Positions 29,448 to 40,767 of a stretch of 64,000 nt of DNA are shown here, one piece after another; position 1 is the first letter of the stretch, and each line of letters opens with the position of its first letter. A model generated the notes under the pieces. That model worked only from the letters and a program-made list of their open reading frames with translations, was not told where the DNA came from and did no database searches. Origin of the DNA: Thermodesulfobacteriota bacterium (GTDB lineage Bacteria > Desulfobacterota_D > UBA1144); NCBI GenBank assembly GCA_036337225.1, contig JAYZEP010000001.1:7725-71724 (forward strand), written 5' to 3'. A program made the position numbers and the translations under genes.

Positions 29448-30097
29448 GAGATATACAACTTGTTATCAAAGATGTATTCAAAGATGCCTACGGGTAAGAA
29501 CTTTTTTACCTCATTGTATTTCTTTTCCATGAACATGGTCTTTATTTCAGTAGAAGATATCGCTATTTTCTTCTTTAAATTGTAAAGAATAATCATCTTT
29601 GCCGAAGGGTTTTTTAGAAAAATCTTTTCTTGGTAAGTCTTTGATTTATAGAAGCTTCTATTCTCTAAGAGCCATTTATTAATATCAGTCATATAAGGAG
29701 TTCTTATGGGGACAACGATATTAACCAACTCTTTTATTGCCTCTGGTTGATGCCAGGTTTCAAAATGTAAGAATTGGTCACTTCCTAGAATAAAAAAAAG
29801 CTTTTCATTATCTTTATATCTCTTTTTTATTTTGTTGAGTGTATCAAGAGAATAATGGATATTCTCCGGATTTCTTTCGAAGTCAATTATTTCGTAATTA
29901 AAAGATTTGTGAATTGCAATATCAATCATAGCACTCACAGACTCGAAACTAATCTGTCCACCCTCTTTATAGTGCGAATTTGCATTTGGTACAATCAACA
30001 TCTTATCAATATCGAGGCCCTTTCGAACTTCGTCCATCATCGATAGGTGTCCAACGTGTATTGGGTTGAAGATTCCCCCTATAATGCCTATTCTCAT
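29444..30097 (-). CDS. nadD: nicotinate-nucleotide adenylyltransferase
   Basis: GGIFNPIHVGH (the (H/T)xGH nucleotidyltransferase motif) and a later ISSTEIK. Confidence 0.9.
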   Translation of the reverse strand: MRIGIIGGIFNPIHVGHLSMMDEVRKGLDIDKMLIVPNANSHYKEGGQISFESVSAMIDIAIHKSFNYEIIDFERNPENIHYSLDTLNKIKKRYKDNEKLFFILGSDQFLHFETWHQPEAIKELVNIVVPIRTPYMTDINKWLLENRSFYKSKTYQEKIFLKNPSAKMIILYNLKKKIAISSTEIKTMFMEKKYNEVKKFLPVGIFEYIFDNKLYIS

Positions 30098-30098
30098 A

Positions 30099-31178
30099 CT
30101 ATTTGATTCTCAACATCAGGCATCTTCCTACCCGTTTTATCTTCATTTCATTATTTTTATTAATTAAAAACTGATTCCTTAGATTATGAGTTAAAGATAG
30201 CCCTGCCTCTCCTAAAAACTTGGGAGAGTAATAAATTATTAGCTCATCCCATAGTTTGGATTCCAAAAATCCGGAAAAAACTTTTCCTCCCCCTTCTACA
30301 AGCACTCTTTGTATACCTAGGGAAGATAATTTTTTTAAAATCTTTTTTAGATCTAATACTTCCAATGTGACAATTTCACAACCTGCCTTTACCAATGCTT
30401 TAAACTTTTTTGAAGCTGGAGAAATTTTGGTAAAAATAATTGGGCGATTTCCGCGGATTACGACCTTGCTCGTCAATGGAGTTCGTAAACGAGAATCCAG
30501 AACAATTGGCCGTGGTTGTTGAAAGATGTTTTTTTTACTACCTCTATAATTAAGTTGGGGATTGTCCCGTATTATAGTATTGACACCAACGAGAACTGCG
30601 TCGAATTCTTTTCGTAATCCATTAGCATGTTTGCGCTGAAGATGATCTCCTATGTCGTCATTATCGTCTCTAATGTTATAAATCTTTCCATCCATTGATG
30701 CACAAATTTTTAGGGTTACAAAAGGTCTTTTTTTCGTAATTAAAGTAACAAAGCCTTTATTTAGCTCTTTACTTTCTACTTCGTGAGCACCAACCTCCGT
30801 TTTTATTTTATTCCTTTTTAATAACTTTATACCTCGTCCATTAACCCTAGGATTGGGGTCCTTCATTGAAATTACAACTTTTTTAATACCTTTCTTCGCA
30901 ATAAGTTGAGCGCAGGGGGGTGTCTTTTTTTTCAAATGACAACAAGGCTCAAAGTTGACAAACATTGTCGAATTAACTACGGAGAATCCTCGCTCCTCAG
31001 CATTGTTAATTGCATTTACTTCTGCATGAGGTCCGCCAAATTTCTCATGAAAACCTTTTCCTATAATTTTATTGTTTTTTACTATAACTGCACCGACCAT
31101 TGGATTAGAGCCAGTTTTATTCAATCCCTTTTTGGCAAGCCGTAAAGCTGTTTTCATGAAATCAGTCTTTTTCATCAC
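30099..31178 (-). CDS. ribD: bifunctional diaminohydroxyphosphoribosylaminopyrimidine deaminase / 5-amino-6-(5-phosphoribosylamino)uracil reductase
   Basis: Deaminase zinc motifs HAEVNA and PCCH...PPC, plus a C-terminal reductase domain (VLVEGGG). Confidence 0.92.
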   Translation of the reverse strand: MMKKTDFMKTALRLAKKGLNKTGSNPMVGAVIVKNNKIIGKGFHEKFGGPHAEVNAINNAEERGFSVVNSTMFVNFEPCCHLKKKTPPCAQLIAKKGIKKVVISMKDPNPRVNGRGIKLLKRNKIKTEVGAHEVESKELNKGFVTLITKKRPFVTLKICASMDGKIYNIRDDNDDIGDHLQRKHANGLRKEFDAVLVGVNTIIRDNPQLNYRGSKKNIFQQPRPIVLDSRLRTPLTSKVVIRGNRPIIFTKISPASKKFKALVKAGCEIVTLEVLDLKKILKKLSSLGIQRVLVEGGGKVFSGFLESKLWDELIIYYSPKFLGEAGLSLTHNLRNQFLINKNNEMKIKRVGRCLMLRIK

Positions 31179-32158
31179 TATTGCAAATCGAACAAGGCTT
31201 TAGAAAAATTATCTGGAACAAAAGGGACCAAATCTTCTAAATTCTCCCCGATACCTATTAGTTTAATTGGTAAGTCATAATCATAGGAGGCTGATATAGC
31301 AAAGCCTGCCTTCGATGTACTGTCTAGTTTTGTAATAATAATCCCAGTCAAATCGATACTTTGTTTAAATTTTTCTATTTGGCTTAATGCATTCTGACCT
31401 GACGTCCCATCAAGAACGAGTAAATTTTCTATGGGTGGCTTTCCAATTTGTTTATGAATAACTTTCTCTATTTTTGAAAGTTCCATCATTAAATCATTAT
31501 TCGTACCAAGTCTGCCGGCAGTATCAACAATAATAACGTCTATATTCTTTTTTCTGGCATCTTCTATCGCCGAATAAACAACACTGCTAGGATCCTTATT
31601 GTCATTCGAAAAAAATTCAGCCCCAACTCTTTGTGCCCACACCTCTAGTTGAGCAATAGCAGCTGCTCTAAAAGTATCCGCCGCTACAATCATAACTTTT
31701 TTTCCAATTTCTGAAACAATCAGATTCGCCAATTTCCCAATAGTTGTTGTTTTTCCACTTCCATTAACTCCACTGATGACAAAAATTGAAATACCACTAG
31801 ACTCGAAATTGATATTCAAATCTTCCCTATTTAGCATAAGAGATATTTCTTTCTGCAGGACACCTAAGAAGAATGTTTTATTGATTTCTTTATCCGTTTC
31901 CTGACTTTTTAAATCTTCTTTAAACTTTTCTATTATTCTCTCAGAAGAATTAAAACTCACATCCGACAAAATCAGGGTCTCGTGCAATTCATCCAAAGTT
32001 CTATCGTCAATGGTAACTTTAACCTTTCCGCTATCATTTGTTGTAACCTTGTAAGAATCTCCTTTAAATACTTGTGTAATCGACTCGGTTATAGATTCTC
32101 GGGTTTTGACTAACTTATCTTTTACGAAAGAAAAGAGGGATTTAGCCTTCTTAAACAT
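31178..32158 (-). CDS. ftsY: signal recognition particle receptor FtsY
   Basis: SRP-GTPase motifs GVNGSGKTTTIGKLA, DTAGR and TKLD. Confidence 0.93.
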   Translation of the reverse strand: MFKKAKSLFSFVKDKLVKTRESITESITQVFKGDSYKVTTNDSGKVKVTIDDRTLDELHETLILSDVSFNSSERIIEKFKEDLKSQETDKEINKTFFLGVLQKEISLMLNREDLNINFESSGISIFVISGVNGSGKTTTIGKLANLIVSEIGKKVMIVAADTFRAAAIAQLEVWAQRVGAEFFSNDNKDPSSVVYSAIEDARKKNIDVIIVDTAGRLGTNNDLMMELSKIEKVIHKQIGKPPIENLLVLDGTSGQNALSQIEKFKQSIDLTGIIITKLDSTSKAGFAISASYDYDLPIKLIGIGENLEDLVPFVPDNFSKALFDLQ

Positions 32159-32248
32159 ATGATTTTATTCTGTCATCATTTAATTTAATTATCAATAATA
32201 TTAATTTTTTAATTAGTCTTTATTGATTTATAATTAAGTCTATCTTTA

Positions 32249-35200
32249 ATGAAAAATGATTTTGTTCACTTACACCTGCATTCCCAATATTCACTCCTTG
32301 ATGGAGCAATAAAATTCGAAGGACTTTTTGAGGAAGTAGCAAAACAGGGAATGTCCGCAGTAGCACTAACGGATCACGGAAATTTGTTTGGTGCATATGA
32401 ATTCTATAAGAAGGCAAAAGAGAGCAATATTAAGCCAATAATCGGTTGTGAAGTGTATATAACACAAGACCTTAACAAGAAAACTCCCCATAACAACAAG
32501 ACACACCACTTAACAGTTCTTACCGCAAATATGGAAGGGTATGAAAATCTTTGCTCGCTGGTCTCTACTGGATATTTAAAAGGGTTTTATAGAAAACCAA
32601 GGATAGACAAGGGAATCCTCTTCGAAAAAAATAGTGGCTTAATTGTCTTAAGTGGCTGCTTGAACAGTGAAGTTTGTCATAATATTTTAAAAGGCAGAAA
32701 AGAAGAGGCAATAAGGATAGCAAGTGAGTATAAGGACATATTTGGGGATAGGTACTTTCTAGAGATTCAAGGGACCCGTCTCAAAGAACAAGATAGGGTT
32801 AATTCTGTGTTGAAAGAAATGAGCTCAAAACTTAATATACCACTCGTGGCAACAAACGACTGTCACTATTTAACTAAGAATGATTTCGATTCTCACGATG
32901 CTCTACTTTGTATACAGACAAACTCTTTAGTTAAAGACGAGAAAAGGTTTCGTTTCAATGGAAACGAATTCTATCTGAAATCTAGGGATGAAATGGTAGA
33001 TGCAATTGGCAATAGTCAAGAAGCGTTAGAGAATACGTTACTAATAGCCGAAAGATGCAATGTTGATTTAAATCGAACTGACTATCGACTTCCCAAGGTA
33101 AGCGCAGAAGATAATATGAATCTTGATGGAATAGTCGAGATGGTATATGCATCATTAGATAGAAAAATTCGAGATAAGATTATTTCCCCAACGGAAATGG
33201 AGTTATATAAAGAGCGAATATCTCATGAACTATCAATAATAGACAACATGGGCTTCCAGGGATATTTTTTAGTTGTATCTGATTTCATAAGATATGCAAA
33301 AGAAAAAAGAATTCCTGTAGGGCCAGGAAGGGGAAGCGCCGCGGGAAGTCTTGTCGCATATTTACTAGATATTACCGAGGTAGATCCAATCAAACATGAT
33401 TTGATTTTTGAAAGGTTTTTAAATCCTGAAAGAGTCAGTATGCCGGATATAGATATAGATTTTTGTGGTGATGGAAGAGATGACGTAATAAAATATGTAA
33501 CAGAGAAATATGGCGAAGATAAAGTAGCACAAATTGGTACTTTTGGTACGATGTCATCTAAAGCAGTAATAAAAGATGTTGGTCGAGTTCTTGGTTTTAG
33601 CTTCGCAGATGTTGACAGATTAACAAAGCTAATACCTTCGTTCCGGGGCAAGGTATATAAGCTTGACGAATGCTACAAAAAGGTTAAAGAGTTTAGACAA
33701 TTGGTAGAATCTACCGATCAGTTTACGGAGCTTTATCATCTGGGTGTCAAACTAGAAAACTCAGTAAGACATTCATCCACACACGCCGCTGGGGTTGTTA
33801 TCTCAGACGAGTCGCTTGATAAAATGATACCCCTATTTAGAGGATCAAAAAACGAAACGGTAACACAATATGACATGACAGCCATAGAAGAACTAGGATT
33901 TGTAAAATTTGATTTCTTAGGTTTAAAAACTCTTACGGTAATAAAAATTGCAAAAGAATTTATCAAGAGTAAGAACCCAAGTATCGAAGAGGAAATGAGG
34001 TTTGCCAACCTAAATGACCCAAAGGTCTACAAGATGCTGTCAAGGGGGCTAACTAGGGGGATATTTCAAATTGAATCTAGCGGTATGAAAGACGTGCTAA
34101 AAAATTTAAAGGCTGACAAATTTGAAGATATAGTTGCTTTGCTAGCTTTATATAGACCTGGCCCTTTAGATAGTGGCATGGTTGATGAATATATCCTCAG
34201 AAAAAATAGGAAGAAAAAAACGGACTACCCAACACCTCAACTAGAAGAAATCCTGCAAGAAACTCACGGACTTTTTGTATACCAGGAACAAATAATGAAA
34301 ACCGCGTCAGTGCTTGCAAATTTCTCTTTGGGAGAAGCAGATCTTTTGAGGAGAGCAATGGGAAAGAAAAAAACGTCTGAAATGTTAGCTCAAAGAGAGA
34401 GATTCCTTTCGGGGGCAGAATCAAATAATTTTTCCTCAAAAATTGCTCATGAAATTTTTGATACCATGGAAAAATTTGCAGAATATTCCTTTAACAAAAG
34501 TCATAGTACTGCCTATGCCATAATAACCTTTCAAACGGCATTTCTAAAAACATATTATCCATGTGAATTTATGGCAGCACTTATGACCACAGAGATAAAT
34601 ACATCGGATAAAATTGTTTCAAATATAAGCGAATGCAAAGAAATGGGTATCGAGATATTATCACCCGACATCAATGAGAGTGGGTCGGGTTTTACACCAA
34701 TCGATAAATCTATACGGTTTGGACTAAGTGCAATTAAGAATTTAGGTACCAATATCGTTAACAACATTATAAAATCACGAGATGGTTCAAATAAATTTTT
34801 GAATATTTTTGAATTTTTGTCATTAATGGATTCCAGAAAGATGAACAAGAAAAGCCTTGAGAGCTTGATTAAGTCAGGGGGGCTAGATTGTTTTAGCTAC
34901 AATAGGGCTACTCTGTACAATAATATGGAATTATTGCTCAGCTATGTAGGTCGTAATAATAAAGATAAAGACGTAAGCCAAGAGCCTTTGTTTGAATTAA
35001 ACGAAGTTATCGTAGAACCTCCTTTGGAAGAATCAACAGAATGGCTGCCTCACGATTTGAGCAAATACGAGATAGAGACCCTTGGGTATCCAGTAAAAAT
35101 TAATCCGCTAGACATGTGTCAACATAAATTATCACAAATAAATTACAAGACAATATCCAACATCAAACTTCAAGATGAAAAGACCGCGGTTACAATAGCA

Positions 35201-35665
35201 GCTTTTATCTCATCTATTAGTATCAAAACTTCGAAGAGGAACTCAAAGAAGTATGCCACAATTAATCTTGAAGACTCATCTGATGTACTAGAGGCAATTA
35301 TATTTAATGATGAATTTGAAAAATATGAATCCAGATTAATTGTAGGCATGCCTCTCTTGTTAACAGGGATGGTTGAAAGAACAGATGAGGCTACTAAATT
35401 AATTATTAATTCTTTTAATGAAACAGACGCAGTACAAATTATTAATGATTTACCAGTACCAATTAAAATTAGTCTTAAAAATGATATTTCATTAAAACAA
35501 GCGGACAACCTTAAGGCAATTTTTAATAAATATCCGGGCAAAAGCCCTATCCATATATCCTTCAGGGAGAGCGGGTTAAAGGCAACAATATCAGTGAACG
35601 ATTTTAAAGTCGACAACTGTAAAGAGCTACATGAAGAAATCTCAAGAACTGTTGGTAACAACTAA
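32249..35665 (+). CDS. dnaE: DNA polymerase III alpha subunit
   Basis: PHP domain FVHLHLHSQYSLLDGA, catalytic MPDIDIDF and a C-terminal OB region. 1138 aa, with no intein-sized insertion. Confidence 0.95.
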   Translation: MKNDFVHLHLHSQYSLLDGAIKFEGLFEEVAKQGMSAVALTDHGNLFGAYEFYKKAKESNIKPIIGCEVYITQDLNKKTPHNNKTHHLTVLTANMEGYENLCSLVSTGYLKGFYRKPRIDKGILFEKNSGLIVLSGCLNSEVCHNILKGRKEEAIRIASEYKDIFGDRYFLEIQGTRLKEQDRVNSVLKEMSSKLNIPLVATNDCHYLTKNDFDSHDALLCIQTNSLVKDEKRFRFNGNEFYLKSRDEMVDAIGNSQEALENTLLIAERCNVDLNRTDYRLPKVSAEDNMNLDGIVEMVYASLDRKIRDKIISPTEMELYKERISHELSIIDNMGFQGYFLVVSDFIRYAKEKRIPVGPGRGSAAGSLVAYLLDITEVDPIKHDLIFERFLNPERVSMPDIDIDFCGDGRDDVIKYVTEKYGEDKVAQIGTFGTMSSKAVIKDVGRVLGFSFADVDRLTKLIPSFRGKVYKLDECYKKVKEFRQLVESTDQFTELYHLGVKLENSVRHSSTHAAGVVISDESLDKMIPLFRGSKNETVTQYDMTAIEELGFVKFDFLGLKTLTVIKIAKEFIKSKNPSIEEEMRFANLNDPKVYKMLSRGLTRGIFQIESSGMKDVLKNLKADKFEDIVALLALYRPGPLDSGMVDEYILRKNRKKKTDYPTPQLEEILQETHGLFVYQEQIMKTASVLANFSLGEADLLRRAMGKKKTSEMLAQRERFLSGAESNNFSSKIAHEIFDTMEKFAEYSFNKSHSTAYAIITFQTAFLKTYYPCEFMAALMTTEINTSDKIVSNISECKEMGIEILSPDINESGSGFTPIDKSIRFGLSAIKNLGTNIVNNIIKSRDGSNKFLNIFEFLSLMDSRKMNKKSLESLIKSGGLDCFSYNRATLYNNMELLLSYVGRNNKDKDVSQEPLFELNEVIVEPPLEESTEWLPHDLSKYEIETLGYPVKINPLDMCQHKLSQINYKTISNIKLQDEKTAVTIAAFISSISIKTSKRNSKKYATINLEDSSDVLEAIIFNDEFEKYESRLIVGMPLLLTGMVERTDEATKLIINSFNETDAVQIINDLPVPIKISLKNDISLKQADNLKAIFNKYPGKSPIHISFRESGLKATISVNDFKVDNCKELHEEISRTVGNN

Positions 35666-35668
35666 GTA

Positions 35669-35986
35669 CTATTTCTTATTAATTTTGTTTATGACATTCT
35701 TCACTTTCTGAGGGTTGCTGGTGGAGATAAAAATTTCTTGGTTCGAATTTCCAGACGTAGCATTTAACTTACAACCAACTAGTATTTCTCCTAGTCCTTG
35801 GTAGATCTCTCTTCCATATGTAACTTTTAAGTTTTCTCCTTTTCCTTTTCCAACCTTTATTGCCCCAGGGGTTATCAAATTAACACAATCGATTGGCTCT
35901 ATAAATTTTTCCAAAAAACTATCCAGATTTTTAATCCTAGAATGTTGTTGTTTGATTTTACCTTTTCTGTGTTTCTTTATCGCCAT
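35669..35986 (-). CDS. hypothetical protein, possibly DUF2103-like
   Basis: 105 aa with a basic N-terminus, then HSRIKNLDSFLEKF...ITPGAIK...QEIFISTS. This resembles my recollection of the DUF2103 'predicted metal-binding' family, but I cannot verify that. Overlaps the upstream thioredoxin-like gene by 10 nt. Confidence 0.5.
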   Translation of the reverse strand: MAIKKHRKGKIKQQHSRIKNLDSFLEKFIEPIDCVNLITPGAIKVGKGKGENLKVTYGREIYQGLGEILVGCKLNATSGNSNQEIFISTSNPQKVKNVINKINKK

Positions 35987-36489
35987 TTAATAGTACATCC
36001 TACGGGTAGAGTGTCGTGTGGGGAACACTCACCCCTACAAGCCAGAACATCTTCAAGGTACTTAGTCGTAACCCCGGACTCATCGTTCCAATTATCATCT
36101 AATTTGCCTTTATAAATTAACATTCTTTCATGATTAAAAACAAAAAAGTGTGGGGTATGGGTGGCACCAAACGCCGAGGCAACAGCCTGATCTTCGTCTC
36201 TTAAGTAGGTAAAATTATATTTCATCTCTTTATACCTGTATTTCATTTTGTCGAAATTATCCTCAGGATATCGAACATCATCATTCGAGTTGATGCCAAC
36301 AAAAATACAGGTTTCAGAATATTGTTGCTGCAAATTGATAATTCGTGTTTCGTATGCATGTACATAAGGGCAGTGATTACAGGTAAAAAAAACAACTAGC
36401 TTTTTATCTAAGTCCACATCTCTAGAATCAAAGTATTTATCATCAGTCGACTTTAATCTAAAATCAATTAGCTTTTCTTTTAATTCCAT
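35977..36489 (-). CDS. thioredoxin-fold (AhpC/TSA-like) family protein
   Basis: FFTCNHCPYV (CxxC), HTPHFFVF, KGKLDD and the C-terminal VGCTIKW. These are typical of the roughly 170-190 aa 'thioredoxin family protein' group. Confidence 0.82.
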   Translation of the reverse strand: MELKEKLIDFRLKSTDDKYFDSRDVDLDKKLVVFFTCNHCPYVHAYETRIINLQQQYSETCIFVGINSNDDVRYPEDNFDKMKYRYKEMKYNFTYLRDEDQAVASAFGATHTPHFFVFNHERMLIYKGKLDDNWNDESGVTTKYLEDVLACRGECSPHDTLPVGCTIKWR

Positions 36490-38615
36490 TATACTTCTTC
36501 CAAATCAAATACGGAGACTCGTTTTTTAACACCAGAATCAAAAAGAACCGTAATAAAATCACCTATATCATCATGAATATCATCAACGACAACAACTCCT
36601 TCTCCAAACCTGTAGTGAGATACTTTATTTTGTAAATTATCATCTTCCTCGAGACATCCACTGTCAATAATCTGCACATTTTTATTGTCCTCAATTTCGT
36701 CTATAAACTGAGATTGCTGGCAATAAATAGGTGCTCCAAACTCGTTCCTCTCTCGACGGTGAGAAATGTGCAATTTCTTCATTGCTCTTGTAAAAGCTAC
36801 ATAGCATAATCTTCTTTCCTCTTCTATTGAAGATTCTCCCATATCTAGGGATCGAGAGTGAGGAAATACGCCATCCTCCATTCCTAGAATAAAAACACAT
36901 GGGAACTCTAAACCTTTTGCCAAATGAACAGTCATGAGTGAAACCTTTCCTTCTTTGCTATCAAGATCATCTATGGCTGATGAAATAGAGAGCGTATTAA
37001 GAAAATCATTTACTGTAGGGTTCTCTGTATTTTGTTCATATTCAGAAACCAAATTTAAGAATTCAGAAATATTTTCAATTTTATCCTCGTTATCTTTCGA
37101 TATATAATCAAAAAATTCTATATTGATTAAAAATTTCTGAATAGATTCAGAAATAGGCATCTCATTTTCTATATCAGAAAGGGCATCCTTCAAGGCTTGG
37201 GAAAGTTTAGCAAGATTTGAAGTAACTTTTTTTGGAAACAGATTGTTGTTACTACAATCAGCAATCAAACTTATAAAATCAACATTAGATTCAACCTTTA
37301 GTAATTTTAAAGTCTTCAGTGTTTTTGCACCTATTCCTCGTGTTGGTACATTGATTATTCTATCAAAAGATATCGCGTCATAGGGATTAATAAGAAGCCT
37401 TAAAAAACATATAATATCTTTTATTTCTGCCCTATCATAAAAACTAATATTCCCAAAAATTTTATACTGAATTTTGTTTTGCCTTAAAACATCCTCCAAA
37501 ATTCTCGATTGAGCATTGGTTCTGTAGAAAATTGCAATTTCATTCAAATTAAATTCATTATCTTTTCTATATGTCGAAATCTGACTAGCTACATAATTAG
37601 CTTCTTCGCGATTGTCGAACTGTCTCACAACATCAATCCTTGATCCGTTAGAGTTATGTGTGAACAATTCCTTGTCCTTCCTCTCTTTGTTAAAAGAAAT
37701 CAATTGATTAGCAACATCTAATATTTCTGGTGTAGACCTGTAATTTTCTTCTAATTTAAAAAATTGTGTATCTGGATACAGTGTTTCGAATTCAAGAATA
37801 TTCTTAATTGATGCGCCCCTCCAGCCATAAATACATTGGTCTTCATCTCCAACCACAAATAAATTCTTATGAGAGCCTGCGAGAACGTTTAAGAGTTTAA
37901 ATTGCATTTCGTTAGTATCTTGGTATTCGTCAACTAAAATATATTTGAAACTTTTTTGTAAATGCTTCTTGACCCTCTCATTGCTAGAAACTAGCTCATA
38001 AAAGTTTAAAATTAAATCGTCAAAGTCCATAGCATTATTCTCCACAAGTGAAGACTGATAGCCGTATATAATCTTTTTCTGATTGTCATCTTCGAATTCC
38101 CACTTTGTTTCCCACTCATCCTGAATATAGTTATTTTTCAATCTACTTACCAAACCTAATAGATGGCCAGTGTTGTACGAATTTATATCTAAATCTAATT
38201 TTTTAATCGTATTCTTTAAAATTTTAACCTGGTCATTCCGGTCATAGATAATAAAATTTTTCTTATAATTTGGAGATAGTTCCTTTATAAAGATGTTTAA
38301 AACTCTGTTTGATATCGAATGAAACGTTCCCACCCAGTTCCCAGACCAAGGAAATTGGAAGCCTTTCCCTAATAATGAAACAAGTCTTGACTTCATTTCA
38401 GTTGCTGCCTTATTTGTAAAGGTAAGAGCAAGGATTTCGTTAGGGGCAGCCTTACCAGATTTTATTAAATTATATATTCTGTAGGTTAAAACCCTCGTTT
38501 TTCCCGAGCCTGCGCCTGCTGAAACTAAAGCTGGGCCAGCTGTATGCTGTACTGCTTTAAGCTGTTCACCATTAAGCCTATTTTTATCTAAAGTGCGTGA
38601 TTTTCTATTGATAAT
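36489..38615 (-). CDS. uvrD: UvrD/PcrA/Rep-family ATP-dependent DNA helicase (5' end extended beyond the ORF-track start, exact start unresolved)
   Basis: Helicase motifs VDEYQDTN, VGDEDQCIYGWRGA, TVHLAKGLEF and CYVAFTRA lie in the track ORF. Hand translation upstream of 38396 continues in frame as LNGEQLKAVQHTAGPALVSAGAGSGKTRVLTYRI...LTFTNKAATE, which covers motifs Q, I (Walker A) and Ia. The frame is open to 38630, with TAA at 38633-38631. Confidence 0.85.
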   Translation of the reverse strand: MINRKSRTLDKNRLNGEQLKAVQHTAGPALVSAGAGSGKTRVLTYRIYNLIKSGKAAPNEILALTFTNKAATEMKSRLVSLLGKGFQFPWSGNWVGTFHSISNRVLNIFIKELSPNYKKNFIIYDRNDQVKILKNTIKKLDLDINSYNTGHLLGLVSRLKNNYIQDEWETKWEFEDDNQKKIIYGYQSSLVENNAMDFDDLILNFYELVSSNERVKKHLQKSFKYILVDEYQDTNEMQFKLLNVLAGSHKNLFVVGDEDQCIYGWRGASIKNILEFETLYPDTQFFKLEENYRSTPEILDVANQLISFNKERKDKELFTHNSNGSRIDVVRQFDNREEANYVASQISTYRKDNEFNLNEIAIFYRTNAQSRILEDVLRQNKIQYKIFGNISFYDRAEIKDIICFLRLLINPYDAISFDRIINVPTRGIGAKTLKTLKLLKVESNVDFISLIADCSNNNLFPKKVTSNLAKLSQALKDALSDIENEMPISESIQKFLINIEFFDYISKDNEDKIENISEFLNLVSEYEQNTENPTVNDFLNTLSISSAIDDLDSKEGKVSLMTVHLAKGLEFPCVFILGMEDGVFPHSRSLDMGESSIEEERRLCYVAFTRAMKKLHISHRRERNEFGAPIYCQQSQFIDEIEDNKNVQIIDSGCLEEDDNLQNKVSHYRFGEGVVVVDDIHDDIGDFITVLFDSGVKKRVSVFDLEEV

Positions 38616-38638
38616 AGTTATTAGTTTATATTATTTTC

Positions 38639-38666
38639 TTGACAAAGCAGGTATCATGTTTATCTT
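38639..38666 (+). promoter_or_regulatory. candidate sigma70-type promoter for groES-groEL
   Basis: TTGACA (38639-38644), a 16-nt spacer, then TATCTT (38661-38666). This leaves a leader of about 40 nt ending in the SD GGAGGG. Confidence 0.4.
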
Positions 38667-38714
38667 CTTGATAATTAACTGATTATGTATTAACGAGGTG
38701 TTTGGAGGGTATTT

Positions 38715-39002
38715 ATGAGTATTAAGCCTTTATATGACAGGATTTTGGTTAAGATTAGCAGTCCTGAAGAAAAAACCGAAGGGGGAATTATTATTCCCGG
38801 CGGTTCCGAAGATAAGCCTCAACAAGGCAAAGTCGTTGCCGTAGGCAAAGGGAAATTGCTTAGTGACGGAAAAACTAAGCCTCTCGATGTGAAAAAAGGT
38901 GACGTAGTTGTATTTAATAAGTATGGTGGCATGGAGCTTTCTCTGGGAGATGGTGAATATATCTTTCTAAAACAAGACGAAGTTCTAGGAATCATTGAAT
39001 AA
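38715..39002 (+). CDS. groES: co-chaperonin GroES
   Basis: 95 aa. IKPLYDRILVK...EKTEGGIIIP is classic Cpn10. A strong SD lies upstream. Confidence 0.96.
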   Translation: MSIKPLYDRILVKISSPEEKTEGGIIIPGGSEDKPQQGKVVAVGKGKLLSDGKTKPLDVKKGDVVVFNKYGGMELSLGDGEYIFLKQDEVLGIIE

Positions 39003-39008
39003 CTTTAG

Positions 39009-40685
<1,677 letters not shown>

Positions 40686-40697
40686 AAACAAGAACAA

Positions 40698-40728
40698 TTA
40701 TTGCTGGCGTAATTCGCACCAGTAATAA
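40698..40728 (+). other. imperfect hairpin in the groEL 3' UTR
   Basis: TTATTGCTGG...CCAGTAATAA forms a 10-bp stem including one G-T pair, around an 11-nt loop. Confidence 0.4.
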
Positions 40729-40737
40729 AATGAGTTT

Positions 40738-40767
40738 AAAAAAGGGGCTTTATGCCCCTTTTTTTTT
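40738..40767. terminator. bidirectional rho-independent terminator shared by groEL and the convergent BtrH-like gene
   Basis: AAAAAAGGGGC-TTTAT-GCCCCTTTTTTTTT: a GC stem flanked by an A-run on one side and a T-run on the other. It is the only clear GC-rich hairpin between convergent genes in this window. Confidence 0.75.

Noticed and set aside
33223-35661. 142-, 90-, 80-, 97- and 163-aa ORFs antisense to dnaE
   Set aside because: All are nested opposite a full-length, motif-complete dnaE. Their sequences are low complexity and they have no start context. Long open antisense frames are expected by chance in a 3.4-kb gene.
38634-38714. Searched for a CIRCE/HrcA operator (TTAGCACTC-N9-GAGTGCTAA) or a clear sigma32 promoter upstream of groES
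   Set aside because: No inverted repeat resembling CIRCE is present. The CTTGACAA string resembles a sigma32 -35 element, but no CCCCAT-like -10 lies at the right spacing. I therefore only call a sigma70-like candidate.
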